This document shows positions 23,781 through 37,197 of a DNA stretch of 64,000 nucleotides, one piece after another; the first letter of the stretch is position 1; every line of letters starts with the position of its first letter. The translations under genes were made by a program, and so were the position numbers. The stretch comes from Camelus ferus (lineage: Eukaryota): contig NC_045698.1 in the NCBI RefSeq assembly GCF_009834535.1, positions 7,504,001-7,568,000 on the forward strand, in the 5' to 3' direction. The notes beneath the pieces are model-generated. The model worked only from the letters and a program-made list of their open reading frames with translations. It was not told where the DNA came from and searched no databases.

Positions 23781-25478
23781 AACTCTGCCCTCTCCCCGAC
23801 ACTCAGGCGCCAGCCCTCCCACCTCGATGGCCACTGGTGTCCTGTCGTTACCATCCCCATCCCCCATCCCCCTGCGCCTTCCCAGTCCCTCAAGGTTAGA
23901 AGGCTTCAGAGCTCCCCTCCCCCTGTCTGGGCTGTGCTGCCGTCTATGCTGCTCCCTGTGTGCGTCTCTGGAGGTCACTCCCGGGGCCCAGGCTCTGTAG
24001 ATGAGCAGGACCTGAAGGAAGCTCGAAACACCCTGGGGCAGCCCACCATCCGCACCCCCACTTCACCTGCCCAGGAGTCGAGGAACTGACCTGCCACCAG
24101 CTGCTTCCCGGTGGCTGTCCGTCTACCAAGCGCCTCTCGGGACCCACTGATTAGACCCTGTTGATGAGGGCGCTGGTGTTTGACTAGAAGGATGTTATAC
24201 GACAGTGAAAACCAGTTAAGTCAGCTTGGTAGAAACAGCGACGTGGAAAATACTCTGCTTTATTAGACCAGCCTGGCTCTTCTCCCAGAAAAGCATACGG
24301 GGAAGAAGATGGTTGGCTTGCTTAATTAAACCGAATGACAATATGCATATTCTAAGCTGTGTGGGGACAGGTCTTTGGAGACAGACAGACAAAGGTCTGG
24401 CCCTGGCTCTGTTACATGTTTTCTTTGTGATGCTGGCAGTGTGAGTCATTTCCTTACAGAAGATGGGTCTCTGTATGAACGCTGCCCACCCCTGCCAGTC
24501 CTGGGCAGAGAAATGCTGGGGGCCACTCTGACCACAGACTTTGTGTTCATTGCCTTGATTGACAGTCCTCAGAGATTCTCCATCTCTTCTCTGCCTCCAT
24601 GCCCTCCCGTTGATCAGGAATGTCTCTCAAGAACCCTAGTGATTCTCAATGGAAGGTAGATCAGCATAATATCGTCTGCAGTGGGGTGAGGAGAAACGTG
24701 TGTTTTAAAAGCCTTCCGAGTCCTAACATCCCCCCTGGAAGAATCAGGCCCAAGCCCTTGAGCCCCGTGGGAGCCGCAGTTCTGGCCTTGGACCATGCAG
24801 AGTCTCTAAACAGGTGGAGAGGTGACCTCAGCTCCTGGCCCCTAGGGCCGCACTACCAACATGGTTGGTGGACTCTATGCTGTGTGCTTGGCTTAGCTGC
24901 TGTGGTGTCCTCAGTGCCTGGGACCGTGTCCCAGACCAGCTTGGTCAAGATCTTTCCAACCATGGAAGAAGGAAGAAGGGTAGCCCTTAGGATAAACGAT
25001 ACATTTCTCCCCAGAGCCTAAATGAAGACTGGCCAAGAGTCCACCCTCAGGCCTTCTGAGAAGAGAACTTAGAACTGGGTTTCCATGCAGTGAAAGTGCA
25101 ATCTAGTCCTTCAGGATTTCTCCCCTTTTGTAATCTGGCCCAGTAAAGACCTTCAAGAGGAATGGGTTTCAAATGTCTCCTAGGGTTACCCATCCTGAGA
25201 GCAAGACTTAGACATCTCTGAGGTGCCAACCAGCGTTTGACAACCTGAGGACTTGAGTATTCCTCCAGCTGTGGGGGCCCTGCCCCACCTGGGATGACGT
25301 CTGCTGGTTGACGGGAGCCGTGTAAGCAGAGGGACATCTGACCTTTTCTCTGAGGAGACAGAGGACACCAGAGACGGCCTGGGTAGTCAGAGGGTGGGGG
25401 GTGAGAATTAGATGGGTACAGGATGAATTGAGTGTGGAAATGACAGTGGAGTGTTCTGGTCTTTCAAGATGGTGGTGT

Positions 25479-26288
25479 ATGAGGTATCACCTCACACCAG
25501 TCAGAATGGCCATCATCAAAAAGAACACAAATAACAAGTGTTGGGGAGGATGTGGAGAAAACGGAACCCTTGTACACTGTTGGTGGGGATGTAAATTGGT
25601 GCAGCCACTGTGGAAACTAGTATGGAGGTTTATCAAAAACTAAAAACAGAATTACCATATGACCCAGCAATCCTACTCCTGAGTATATATCTGAAAAAAA
25701 AAAACAAAAACATTCATTTGAAAAGGTACATGCACCGCATGCTCATAACAGTATTATTTACAATTGCCAAGATGTAGAGGCAATCTAAGTGTCCATCAAC
25801 AGATGACTGGATAAAGAAACTGTGGTATATGTAATGGAATACTCTTCAGCCATAAGAAAGAATGAAATTTTGCCATTTGCAGCAACATGAATGGACTTGG
25901 AGGGTGTTATGCTACATGAAATATGTCAGACTGAGACAGACAAATACTGTATGATATGACTTATATGCTGAATCTTAAAAAATACCACAAACTAGTGAAT
26001 ATAACACAAAAGAAGCAGACTCACAGATACAGAGAACAAACATGGTTACCAGTAGGGAGAGGGAAACGGGGGGGGAACAATATAGGGGTAGGGGATTAAG
26101 AGGTACAAATTATTAGGTATAAAATAGGCCAGAAAGATGTATTGTACAACATGGGGAATATAACCAATATTTTATAATAACTGTAAATGGGGTATAACCT
26201 GTAAAAATTGTGAGTTACTATATTATACACCTATAACTTCTATAACATTACTGTACATCAACTATACTTCAATAAAAAATAAAAAAAA
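25479..26288 (+). mobile_element. 5'-truncated L1 (ORF2 C-terminus, 3' UTR, poly(A))
   Basis: Encodes [15 protein letters not shown]...NKCW...[18 protein letters not shown] (L1 ORF2p C-terminal region, then stops); ends in aataaaaaataaaaaaaa; imperfect TSD aagatggtggtg / aaattggcggtg. Confidence 0.93.
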
Positions 26289-26304
26289 TTGGCGGTGAAA
26301 AGCA

Positions 26305-26475
26305 TAGAACTTGGTGTCAGATTGATCTTAGCATTGCTACCTACTAGCTATGTAAACTAAGTTATTTTACCATACTAAGCCGTAGTTTCCTCATCTGTGT
26401 AACAGTAATAATATCAACATCTACCAAGTAGACTTGCTGTGAGTGCCTGGTACCTAGGAAGTGCTCAGTAAGTGT
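26305..26475 (+). mobile_element. MIR SINE
   Basis: ctacctactagctatgt...agtttcctcatctgt...gtgcctggtacctaggaagtgctcagtaag. Confidence 0.7.
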
Positions 26476-26557
26476 GAGGAGGAGGATGACAGTGGTGGTG
26501 ATGGTGGTGATGATGGTGGTGATAGTGATGGTGGTGGTGGTGGTGATGATGGTGATT
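26476..26557 (+). repeat. Imperfect (GGT/GAT)n trinucleotide repeat
   Basis: Seen directly; sits at the MIR tail. Confidence 0.9.
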
Positions 26558-28164
26558 TAGGCTCAAAATCTCTTCCTGTAGATTATCTCTCTACTTGGAT
26601 GCATTTGTGATTCATGAAAAATAGTAACTCTAGTTAAGTTTAGATAGTTTAAACAGAGTGTTAATTAACAAATGCCCATTTATCATTGCCGTCTTGTGTT
26701 CAGGTTATCTAATTGTCCTTGAAGAAAATACTCTGTGTATCGACGTAATGCCAATTCTCTTTCTTAGACACTGCAGTTTTGTGCCTGCACATTAATAACC
26801 TTGGTATTTGCCTCGTTTCCAAGGAAGACTTTTTTGGAGGGGGGAAGCTTTTGATACATTAAGAGACTCTATGAGAATTGTTAAATAACGTAACCTATTA
26901 ACTAGAAAAAATTAGTATTAAGGCAGGAAAAGCTTTAGCTGTGAAACCCAAACAATAAATATATGAAGGAATTTCTTAGTTATGTTAACTGGCGTGATGG
27001 GCTTAGCTCCGTCTTAGGGCTGTTAAAGATACATGGCGTGACATTACACGTAATTTGAGGGGATGCCCTTACTATGCTTTATGGAAATCTGACTGTGGTT
27101 ACCCCAAGCACTGTTTCTTAGATTTTGTTTATGTTTTGTTTTTTGGGTTACTGTTGTTTTTGTTCAGAGGTCCTTTCTGCTCCTAAAATCTGCCTTCGTA
27201 GGTCCAGTTTGTACTTGGACTTGTCAGGATGTACGCTTCTCACTCCGGTCCCACGAGGTGAGGATGGGTGTCCACCCACAGTGCTCTGGTTTCCAAATTG
27301 CAGCTAGACTGAGACGATTCAAGAGCTACAAACACCCTCATAGCCCTCCTGGTTCTGCTCTGAGACACCTGACGCTTGCACGTTGTGGTGCCTGGAACAG
27401 GAGGAGTCTTAACTCAGCTGGAAGAGCTGCTTGTTCACGCTGAGTGACATCTGTAGCCACGCGGGGCCTCCACTGCTAGTGACGGCAGCCCGACAAGTAG
27501 TGCTTTTTGGAAGTGACTGAACCTGAAAGTTTCTGGCCAACTGACGGACAGAGGTGGGAGCATCATTGGTACCCGAGGTAGAGAATTGTCTGATAAAGCT
27601 CGTGACTTTTGCAAGCTGTTGTTCCATCTCTGTGATGAAATTTATTTTTCATATACCTTGTACCATAATCGAGGGGTCCACGTTGCAGCTAAAAGTAGAA
27701 CCAAGTCCTGGAACATTTTCAGTCCCGAGAGATGTAAAGGATGCCAGCAGTCCACGTCTACAATCTCAGTAGTGCGGAGTTATGGGTAAGCTCCAGGGGT
27801 AAGAAATGGCCACGTTCCCCAAGAATTCACAGTAGCCTTCGTCTTTCTGAGATAAAGGAAGGATTTGTGCAGGGGCTGCAGGGTGGGGGCTATGCTAGCA
27901 GACCGCGATACAAGACTAGGCTAACTCCCAGGCTGAAGGCGATCATTACCTACACGAGCTCCCTCTCCCCCTACGTCAGGCTTAGCTGCTCCCCTGCAGA
28001 ATTGCTCACGTTTCCCTCTTCCCCTGAAAGCAGCACTTCCGGATGGGTTAAGACTCACCCTGGTCCAGCCACGTGTACTAGTGACTCTGAGGTTGATCAG
28101 CTTGAGACACACGGTCCATTTGGGAAAACAGGCTGCAATCGTTTGGAGAGAAGTTTCTACATCT

Positions 28165-28292
28165 TCTTCTTTTTTTTTTTCTTTTTTTTCTTTCTTTTTC
28201 TTTTTCTTTTTTTTTAATGGAGGAACTGGAGAATGAACCCAGGACCTCATGCACGCTGAGCATGCGCTCTACCACCGAGCTCTGTCCACCCA
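28165..28292 (-). mobile_element. tRNA-derived SINE (Vic-1-like)
   Basis: T-rich tail followed by aatggaggaactggagaatgaacccaggacctcatgcacgctgagcatgcgctctaccaccgagct. Confidence 0.88.
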
Positions 28293-28699
28293 CCAGATCT
28301 TTGGAGAATATTTAAGTAGCTGAGACAAAAGCCCGTGCCGTCCCACCTGTCCTAGGTGAGTGTGCTGCAGAAGCCACGAGGGACGTTTATCTCGGCACTT
28401 CTTTGAATCGGTGACTGAGAAAACAACCCCTAAGCCGCAGAGCATTGCACGCTCTCCCTGAAGGAAAAGGCTTGCTTTATCTAAAATTTTCCATTGTATC
28501 CGGGAGCAAATCTGCATCGTAGCAATTTGCTCTTTTCTGCTCCAGGGACTGAAAAGCACACACAACCTTGAGCTACTGTAGCTGCTTCTACTGAACGTGC
28601 CCTTGTCACTGACATACATATAATTTTTTTTTCAAGATTCCAAGATGAGGGGAATTTGCCTTTAATTGTTTAATTGCATTACTGTAAGGCCAGGACCAT

Positions 28700-28918
28700 T
28701 AAGGTTCCTCAGCTTTGGTACTGCTGACGTTTTGGTCTGGATAATTCTTTGTTGTGGGGGCCGTCCTGTGCATGATGGGGTTTTTATCAGCATCCCTGGC
28801 CTCTGCTCACTAGTATCCCCCACTTCCTCTGTAATCCTCAGTTGTGATAACCAAAGCCATCTTCAGACATTGCCCAGCGTTCTCTGGAGCTACCATTGCC
28901 CCCAGTGAAAACCACTGC
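28700..28918 (-). mobile_element. MER20 DNA transposon
   Basis: ggtactgctgacgttttggtctggataattctttgttgtgggggccgtcctgtgcat...cagttgtgataaccaaa...cagacattgcc...aaaaccactg. Confidence 0.85.
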
Positions 28919-29467
28919 CCTAGAGATAATGAAGATCGTTACTGATGCTCTAGGCACAGTTCATGCTCTCAATGCATCTCTATTTAAAGAACAACACAAA
29001 CGGGTTTCTGGGAACTTGTGCAGAAGCTGAGCCCTTGTGCTACCAAGTGTCAAACTCTTTCTTTTAGGTGACCCTCGGCAGCACAGAATGACAATGCTGA
29101 AATGTGATTAAAAAAAAAAAAACTCATTCAGGGCTCCTGGGTAGAGTCCCAAATCCTCCAGATTATATCAGTTCATTATATCAGATCATGTTGGGTCCTT
29201 TCCAGTTGACAAATTGGATTTTTTTTTTTTTGAAAGCATGGCAGTTGGACTTATAATAATGTTTAGGATTAAAGGGGAGGATGAGGGAAAAATTATTTTC
29301 TCTTGTCATGCCTGCCTTTAATTGAATTTCAGGATGTCTGTTTGGAAGAGCAAGTTAAATGTTAGACAGAATGTTGTGAAGGCGTGCAGATGCTTCAACG
29401 TGGTTGTAGTGAAAACAGATCCAAGATGCTCCGAGGAGCCCAAGAAAAGTGAACTTCAACAAACTCT

Positions 29468-29973
29468 CGAGATGGTCCATTTTATGTGTCAAGTTGGCTG
29501 GGCCATGGTGCTTAGATATTTGGTCAAACATTATTCTGGATGTTTCTGTGAGGGTGTTTCTGACTGAGATTTACATGTAAATCAGTGGAATTTGAGTGAA
29601 GCAGAATATCTTCTGTAATGTGGGTGGGCCTCATTCAATCAGTTGAAGGCCTGAAGAGAACGCAAAAGAAGACAGAATTCTGCCAGCGGGCAGCTTATTA
29701 GACTTGACCTGCATGGGCTCTTCTCTGGCTCTGCAGCCTGCTGGCCCACCTGAAGATTTTGGACTTGCCAACCTCCATAATCACTGAGCCAGGAATTTCT
29801 GTTTGTTTAAGGAATTTAAAGCAAATATCTCTATCTATCTCTCTATCTATCTATTTAATCTATCGGCTACATATTTCTTTATATCCATTTTATCTATCTA
29901 TTTGTCCAGCTAGCTAGCTATCCATCATCTTTCTCCTGCTGGTTCTGTTTCTCTGAGAACCCCAGTTAATACA
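29468..29973 (+). mobile_element. MLT2 (ERVL) solo LTR with internal (CTAT)n
   Basis: gatggtccattttatgtgtcaagttggctgggcc...gatatttggtcaaacattattctggatgtttctgtgagggtg...ggttctgtttctctgagaacc...taataca. Confidence 0.88.
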
Positions 29974-30097
29974 AGTACCAAGGATATTTCAAGAATTCCA
30001 AATTTCATGGTTCACCATCACCCCCCACTCACCCCCCACTCCATTCTTCTGGAACATATGGTTGTAGACGCCTCCTGGGAGGGTTAGGAAATGCTTG

Positions 30098-30120
30098 GTT
30101 TTTTTGTTTGTTTGTTTTGT

Positions 30121-30158
<38 letters not shown>
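30098..30158 (+). repeat. Poly(T)/(TTTG) tract
   Basis: Seen directly; long uninterrupted T run. Confidence 0.95.
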
Positions 30159-31979
30159 TCTTTATGCTACAGAGGCCAGCAGGTTGCCAAGTCTTGGGGG
30201 AAAAAAGTTGACTTTGGGGTTTGCCAAAAGAAGCATTTAACCAGCACGGCAGCTGTGAAGTTAGAAAAAAGCCTCAGAACAGCAGAAGAACATCACAGGC
30301 TGCCGAGGCAGGAGGTAGAGGTTTTAAAAATAATTCATTAATTAAAAACACGCTGGGTCTGGCAATAATTCTCATCTCCCCAGGCCCTCCGCCCAACCCT
30401 GCCCTTTCTGCAGGTGCCGGAGCCCGGTGCCTATCCGGGCCAGGCGGTGCCCCCCGCGTCGCGGGGGCCTGTCGCACCAGCAGCTTTGCTCCCATGCACA
30501 CATGCGCTCACGGCGTCCACACCCAACTTGTGGAACAACCAAGACCAAGCTCGGGCGCAGGCTTTTCCCGGCCGGCGTGCGCTTGCGCCCCCTTGACGCA
30601 GCGTTCGCGAGCGTAACCCACAAGCGTGCCCAAAAAGCTCCTCTCAGCGCCTGGTTTTCTCTGCACCTGCTCCTCAGCCTCTTCCTGGCATTTGCCTTAA
30701 TTGGGTGGAATCTCATGGTGTTTCTGGACCAGAATCATAAATTCACAGCAACCACAGTAATGATGACAAATTAACGTCGCCTGAGTGCTCACACAGCCCC
30801 ATCGGGGAGGTTCCCGAGGGATCCTCTTGGTGGTGAGGAAGCTGAGCCCAGAGAGTAAAGTCCAGCTGCCCGGGTCCTGCAGGTACCAGGTGGGACGTGG
30901 ACTTTGAGGGCCACACTTACTCCTGGGCTGCGCGCGCTGCCGGCCGACGTAGCTCCACTGGGGCCGACTGGTTTGAGGAGTGGAGCTGGGGCGGTCCCCA
31001 GAAACGGACAGGCATGATGCTACAAGCGGGGGCCTGAGGACCAGCACAAGTTCTAATTCGGCCCCTGTCTTTCTCCCTGGACCCGGGGAAGAAAGGTCTC
31101 AGGGCTTCTCATCCCACGAGGAGGAGACGTGCTGAAAAGGGACTGGTCTCCCCAGGTCCGGCCAGGGCAGTGGAGGGCCTCACACGTGACACAGCAGGGG
31201 TTTGGCCAGAAGGTGTCTGCTTCTTAGGCGATGGGGGCGGGGTGGGACACAGGGCTCAGGGCTCCAGGGGTGGCAGCCAGATGAGGTGGAGGCACAGGAA
31301 GATGATGTGTTCCTCTCCACAAGCTCACGAGGCTGGAATCCATCCCATAGCACTTGTAAGTTATGAGGGGATTTCTTGCTGAAACCATTCAAGGGCTAGG
31401 CTTTGTACTGGGGTCACTTGAGTCCAAACATTTGTGTACAAGTTTTTGCAGGAGCCAGGGGCAAAAGCCAGCCTTGACCTCTGGGTCCCATGTGGTCCCT
31501 AGGGGTCTTTTGGGTCCTCAGGATGCCCATCTCTGTACACTGCCCACTAACCAGGCCTCCTGCCTCCTCTCTGCTTCCTCGCTGTTGCTCCTGCACACAG
31601 TCTAGATTGGCATTGCACCAACCATCCCTTACTGGAATCTTCTCTCCCTGCCAGCCAAGTATCTCTGCACCCTCCCAGCATGCTGTCCAGGTTGGAAGCC
31701 CTGTTCTATTGATACCAGTATTACATTAACCAGGAGAGTAATGCCCACAATTTCTTTTCATCCTTACAAAACTTACGTGATGGCCCAATTAGACAGGTGG
31801 GGAACTTAGGTCCAGAGATGCTAATTTAGGAACTTCTGACTCTAGCAAGGTCAAGGTTTGAACTGAGCAGGTGGGAGCTTGCCCCCGTGCGATGCCTACC
31901 ACCCCACTGCCTTCCTCAAGTGCCCCATTGCCACCTTACAGTTACTGGTGAATCTGCTCCAGCCAGTGCTTTCTGTGTG

Positions 31980-32740
31980 GCTCCCATTTAAAGTGAATCA
32001 TTCCACGGGTCTAGTGTGAGCATCTTCTCAGTTGATTTTAGAACATTCCATCATCTCAAAAAGATACCCTCTTTCCTTTAACTATCACCCCCCCATCCTC
32101 CCTGCCCCCCCACCAGTCCTGAATAGCCATTGTCTCTAGATATTTCCCTATTCTGAACATTTCACATAAATGGAATCATATGTGGTCTTTTGTGGCTGGC
32201 TTCGTTCACTGAGCATGTTTTCCAGGTTCATTCGTGTTGTACCACATATTAGTGCTGCATTCCTTTTAATGGCCAAATAATATCCCATTGTATCACATTT
32301 TGTGTGTGCATATGTATTTTGTTTATTCTTTCTTCGGTGGATGGACATCTTTGAGTTGTTTCTACTTTTTGGCTATCAAGTATAATGCTGCCCTAAACAT
32401 CTGTGTACAAGTTTTTATATAGACATGTTTTCATTTCTTTCGGATAGATAGCTAGGAATAGATGTTCTGGGTCATGTGGGAACTCTGTTTAATTGTTTGA
32501 GGAGTGGCCAGGCTGTTTCCCTAGTGGCTGCCCCATTTTACATTCTCTGCATGGGGCACTGTCTGAGGGTTATGATTTCTCCCCATCCTCATCAGCACTG
32601 GTTATTATTTGACTTTTTGATTCTAGTCGCCTTCGTGGATGTGAAGTGGTATCTCATTGGGATTTTGACTGGCATTTCTCTGGGGATGTGTGATATCAAG
32701 CGTTTTCTCAGGTGCTTATTGGCCCCTTGTACATCTTCCC
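31980..32740 (-). mobile_element. L1 (L1MA/L1MB-type) 3' region
   Basis: ttctgaacatttcacataaatggaatcata...ggatggacat...gtgaagtggtatctcattg; reverse frame contains MRYHFTST, an L1 ORF2 remnant. Confidence 0.85.
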
Positions 32741-33156
32741 TGGACGAACCTTTGCTAACAGTGACTTTTGACCTGGGCACTGAGCTTCAGTCTTCCCCTC
32801 TGTAAAATGGGATGACCACCGCCCATGGAGCAGTCTTACAGAAGACAAGATGTGGGCTCTAGACCCACTTGACTCGGACCGGAGGACAAGCGCAGTTGGG
32901 AGCTCCTGGAACAGGGGGTAGACGGCCCCCTGCAGCCCGGAGACACCTGTCTCTTCGCACCTCTGCCTAACTCTCCTCCCTGCCCCACCGCACACAGGTT
33001 TTCACCGCTCCATGGCCAGCAACACTGTTATAAAATCTGCGGTGGGTGAAGCGCTGTCACAGTAAAGTTTATTCAGAAAAGCAACTTACCAAATGAACAG
33101 CCATCCAAATGGTGTGACCTAGGAGCGAGGTTTCTCAATTTTCAGTATCTGGTTGA

Positions 33157-33615
33157 TGTCCTGGGTTGAAGAGTGTCCCCCAAGAAGATATGTTCAAGTC
33201 CTAAGCCCTAATATCTCTGCATATGATCTGATTTGGAAAGAGGGTCCTTGCAGATTTAATTCATTAGGATGAGGTCATGCTGGATCAGGGTGGACCCTAG
33301 TCTAATGACTGTTGTCCTTACAAGAAGAGGAAATTTGGACACAGATATGCAGGAAGGCGAGCATGTTAACAACAAAAGCAGAGACTGGATTTATGCTGCA
33401 AGAAACCAGAGGTCTCTGAGCACTGCCTGCAGCTGCCAAAAGCAGGAAGAAGCAGAGAATGACTATTAATACCTTGGGCCCTCGAGGGCGCGTGGCCCTG
33501 CTGACACCGTCACTGTGAACCTCTAGACTCTGGAGCCGTGAGGTAACACATCTCCATTGTTTTAAGCCACCCCATGAGTGGTGTTCTGCTGTGGCAGCAG
33601 TAGGAGACTGGTGCA
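33157..33615 (+). mobile_element. MLT1 (MaLR, MLT1C/D-like) solo LTR
   Basis: tgtcctgggttgaagagtgtccccc...atgttcaagtcctaa...ttgtccttacaagaagaggaaatttggacacaga...ttgttttaagccacc; near-TSD gttga/ggtga. Confidence 0.85.
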
Positions 33616-34394
33616 GGTGACAGTGACGTTAGTAGCAATGGGGGAGCCCTGGGCGGCAGTTCTGCACCATGTTTTTTGTGTCTTTGGCATTTCTATTCAC
33701 CAGCATTAATGTACGAGGATGAATCTCTACCCAGTGGCATTAAGTTAGTAAGATCCCCATTCTGTCCTCAATTTAGTGAGGGAGATGGATACGTGAGTAC
33801 AAACAGTAGCATCCAGAGGTGACACCAAGGGCTAAGGAGAGGCCAGGGTTGTTGAGACACGCAGTTTCTGGCCACACCTGGACCCCTGCTCTGCTCAGAG
33901 CCCCAGGGCTGCACCAGGTCCTCCTGGGGTGAGCACACCTCAGGGGGCCTTCCCAGCTCAAATCTGTGGTCTGATTCTGGATCTTGAGGCTTGATAATTG
34001 AGATTATTTCCTCATTCTGCTCATAAGGGTTACAGGAGCACTTTGGGTAAATTGGATGAGTGTCCTATTCATCAGACGCTGCTCGCAGCCACCCTGGGCT
34101 TCCGAGTAACAACGCCGTCTTAGTCTGCTCCCGGGGGCCTTCCCAGCACAGGGCCAGCTGCTGGGCCCAAGGACTACATTTTAATCACCTGCATTAAGCG
34201 TCTCCATGTTATGACATTTGAAAGCAGACGATTAGACTCGAGGTGCCAGGTGTCCAATAGTTCGGCTTTGTGTCTGGGAAACAATTTGTGAAAATACGCC
34301 TCATTTTTGCATGTTCGTATTTCTACTGAAACCATCTGGCAACCCTAGTGAAATGAGAAGGAGAAACTCTGAAATATAAGAAGAAACAAACCAT

Positions 34395-36120
34395 GAGAAG
34401 AAATGCAGGAGCTTTATTATAATCATTATTATTCTTGAAGTTAATGACTTGACAGACTCATTCAGGAGAACATTTTGCTTTCCAGTGAGCTAGAGCCCAC
34501 AGACACACACCAGATGTAGCTGAAGGGACATGAAAAATGCACCTTGGGAAACAGCACGGCGCTCCTGGCTGCGACACTGAAGAGTGTCAAGGATGCGTCT
34601 TCATCTCTGCAGCGGAGGGTGCAACAGTCCGCAGACCTGACCTAGCGCCGCCCGCTCTCAGCATCCTTCTGAGATGCCGCCTGCCCACCCAGTTTGCATC
34701 ACCAAAAGCCAGCCTCAGTCTACAGCAATATCTCAGCAATTAAGAAATACAGGGTGTGACTACACGGTGCCTTGAGGGTGAGACCCCAGCTTCTTCAAGT
34801 CAAGGAGATGGGAAATCAAACATTATCTTTAGAATGTGAAGCAGTGCCGGCTTTGCCCACAGGGAAGGGCGCGAGGTGGGTCAGCTAGGTGCAGGCTGCT
34901 CACACTGCCGACCTGCGGCAAATACCATGCTGGTGAGCTGGACAGTTGGGCCGTACCCTCTCCCAAAGCACCTGCTCTGGGCGATTTGAACATTTGAGTA
35001 AAAGAGCCCTTTGGCTTTTCAGAATAGCCAGGCACTGGATAGCCGTGAGCCGGCGAGCAGTCTAGCGCGGCTCTGGGCAGGAAACACAGGCAGAGCACAC
35101 AGGACAGCTGTGGTGCCCAAATGACAGTGGGCCCAGGCAAATGTGCCCTCGGGCAGGGGGAATTCCAGACACTTGGACTGACGGACGAATAGGCTTTCAA
35201 ATGGTATGTGGTATTTCTGCTTTTCCCTAGGGAGACAAAGGGTGGCTTTTCACCTGTCTTTCCATAAATGCTCAGCACTCTTGCTCTCGGGTTCCAGAAT
35301 TGGCAGTGTGTCTACTCCTCCACCTGGTCAGCGATCACTCCCAGAACTCCAAGGCAGCTCTAGAGGTGATGACTGAAAAATGCAGGTTTGCCGCGATTTC
35401 CCGGCGAGCCTGTCTGGATGGCAGGGCAGTGCGGGACTTGGGACCCGCACTGAGAGATCTCATTCTGGCAGTCCTCCCTTTGGGCAAATTTTTCAGCAAG
35501 AGGACTCCTGTAATAAAAGAGCCGTTTCAAAGCTGGGAGCTTTTCTTTGGCTTTCCCCGGAGTACCTGTCGTCACCCTGTGCTGTGATCCCTCATCACAC
35601 AAGGGAGGGAGGTTCAGGGATGCTGTTGCCTGTTTCAAAAGTCCTCCCCACTCAGACTTTCTGTGATTAATGCCTTCACCTCTCTCCCCACGAGGTGTTA
35701 AGACTTTATGGTCCTTTTACTAAAAAGCATGAGATTGAGCTTTCCCCTGACCTCATTCTAACCCTCCCAAATTTGAGCCTGCCTGTTTTGAAGACCACTG
35801 GCAGGGAAACTGATGAACCAGAACTGAAGCTAAACTCTGAACAACTTCATTTCACGCAGGTCTTTCCAAGTTCTGCTAATGGCACGTGCAGGGTCACAAT
35901 GATCCTCAAAGGACACCAGCCAGGACTCCCTGGAAACAAGGGTTGGGGCCTGATTCTGATTTAGATATGGACATTTAAGGCAAAGGAAGGGGCACTTTGT
36001 TTTGACTTAGGTTTCCCAATGGAGCAACGTTTTGAAGAAAATGCCAGTTCTCTTTGCCAGGGAACTACCGAGTGTCGGGGTACTGAGGCACGGCTGGTGA
36101 GGGCGCTGGGTCCTCGCCGG
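34395..36120 (-). other. DAP: DAP 3' UTR (about 1.7 kb)
   Basis: Repeat-poor stretch between the DAP stop codon and an AATAAA on the minus strand. Confidence 0.7.
34413..34418 (-). terminator. DAP poly(A) signal AATAAA
   Basis: tttatt on + in an AT-rich context; downstream on the minus strand is a U/GU-rich tract (tctcatggtttgtttcttctt). Confidence 0.7.
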
Positions 36121-36234
36121 TCACTTGCGAGGCTGCTGGATGTGCTGGGTTCTCGGAGAAGAATGCTTGTCCATGGAGGCATGGGGCTTCTGATGAGCCA
36201 CCTGGGCAGCTGCCGGGGGGAAGTCTTTGTCGCC
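36121..36234 (-). CDS. DAP: DAP terminal coding exon (114 nt including TGA)
   Basis: Minus-strand acceptor tctcccaacAG, then GDKDFPPAAAQVAHQKPHASMDKHSSPRTQHIQQPRK*, the conserved DAP C-terminus; in frame with exon 3. Confidence 0.96.
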   Translation of the reverse strand, partial: GDKDFPPAAAQVAHQKPHASMDKHSSPRTQHIQQPRK

Positions 36235-37197
36235 CTGTTGGGAGACACGGAAAGTACAGACTCATCAGCCATGAGCAGCTGGGTGAGCACATGAGCAAGC
36301 CCCAAACCCTGCACCCCCTGGCTTCCCTGTGGGGCGGCAGACACCGGGGGCGGGTACCATGGGCAGTGACAGAGTAGGGAACCAGTCTACAGGTAGCAGC
36401 CCATCTCATGGGACTGCGGGGGTCCTCAAGCTCTCTGGGGAACTTAATGGGGCAGTGTGACCCACATACCTTCCAGAAGGGGAGAAAGCTCACTGTCTCT
36501 TCCCCGACGCCATGGGATCAGGTCACCATACAACTCACTCAGAGCTGAGTTGGGTGTTGGGTAGCTTTTTTTTTCCTGCTAAAACTGTTCCTGTGATCTT
36601 TTGAATTGGGGGGGCAAGACAGAACCAAATTCAGGGTCTTAAATTCAGATTTGCTGCCACTGCTGCGGGTGGGGCCAGGGCACTGGTTGGGGAGGAAACA
36701 CACAGGGCAGGGGCTGGATGCTGTGAGATAAGCCAGAATCAATCCACTGAGTGTCAGAGAAGGTACCTGGCTATTTCTCAGGAAGGAATTGCCTTCTTGT
36801 GTGTGTGTGTATGTGTGTATGTGAAGGGGCTGGAGCCCAGGCCACCCCAGGGCAGGTGAGAGCCATGGTGAGCTCTTGGCTGAGCCAACTGGCCTGGGGT
36901 GACCTTGGACGTGTGTCGGCATTTCCTTTCATCGCATGTAGTAGATGTGCCACCTGTCTGTCTCAGGGTCTCTGGACGGCTGTGATGAGCTGTCCCCCAA
37001 AACAGCATTTTCTGTACACGTCATATGCTAAGGGCTTGAGTGGGCTGTGAGCCGCAGAGCTGTGGATGGAATAAGTGGGCTACTCCCAAAACGGGGGTTT
37101 GCTGAGGGGAGGTCTGTAGTTGCAAAAAATGCTCGGTCTCGCCAGAAGGCGGGGCTCTTGAAAGACAAAGAGTGTGACCAAAACTCATGAGTTTAGT

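Noticed and set aside
25401..25643. 80-aa ORF with L1 ORF2-like sequence
   Set aside because: Remnant of a 5'-truncated, stop-disrupted L1, not a host gene.
27409..27789. Cluster of short ORFs considered as a processed pseudogene
   Set aside because: No recognisable protein in any frame, no poly(A) tail or TSD.
36115..36123. DAP stop context TGA-C considered as programmed readthrough
   Set aside because: Context is TGA CCG, not the strong TGA CTAG motif; no other support.
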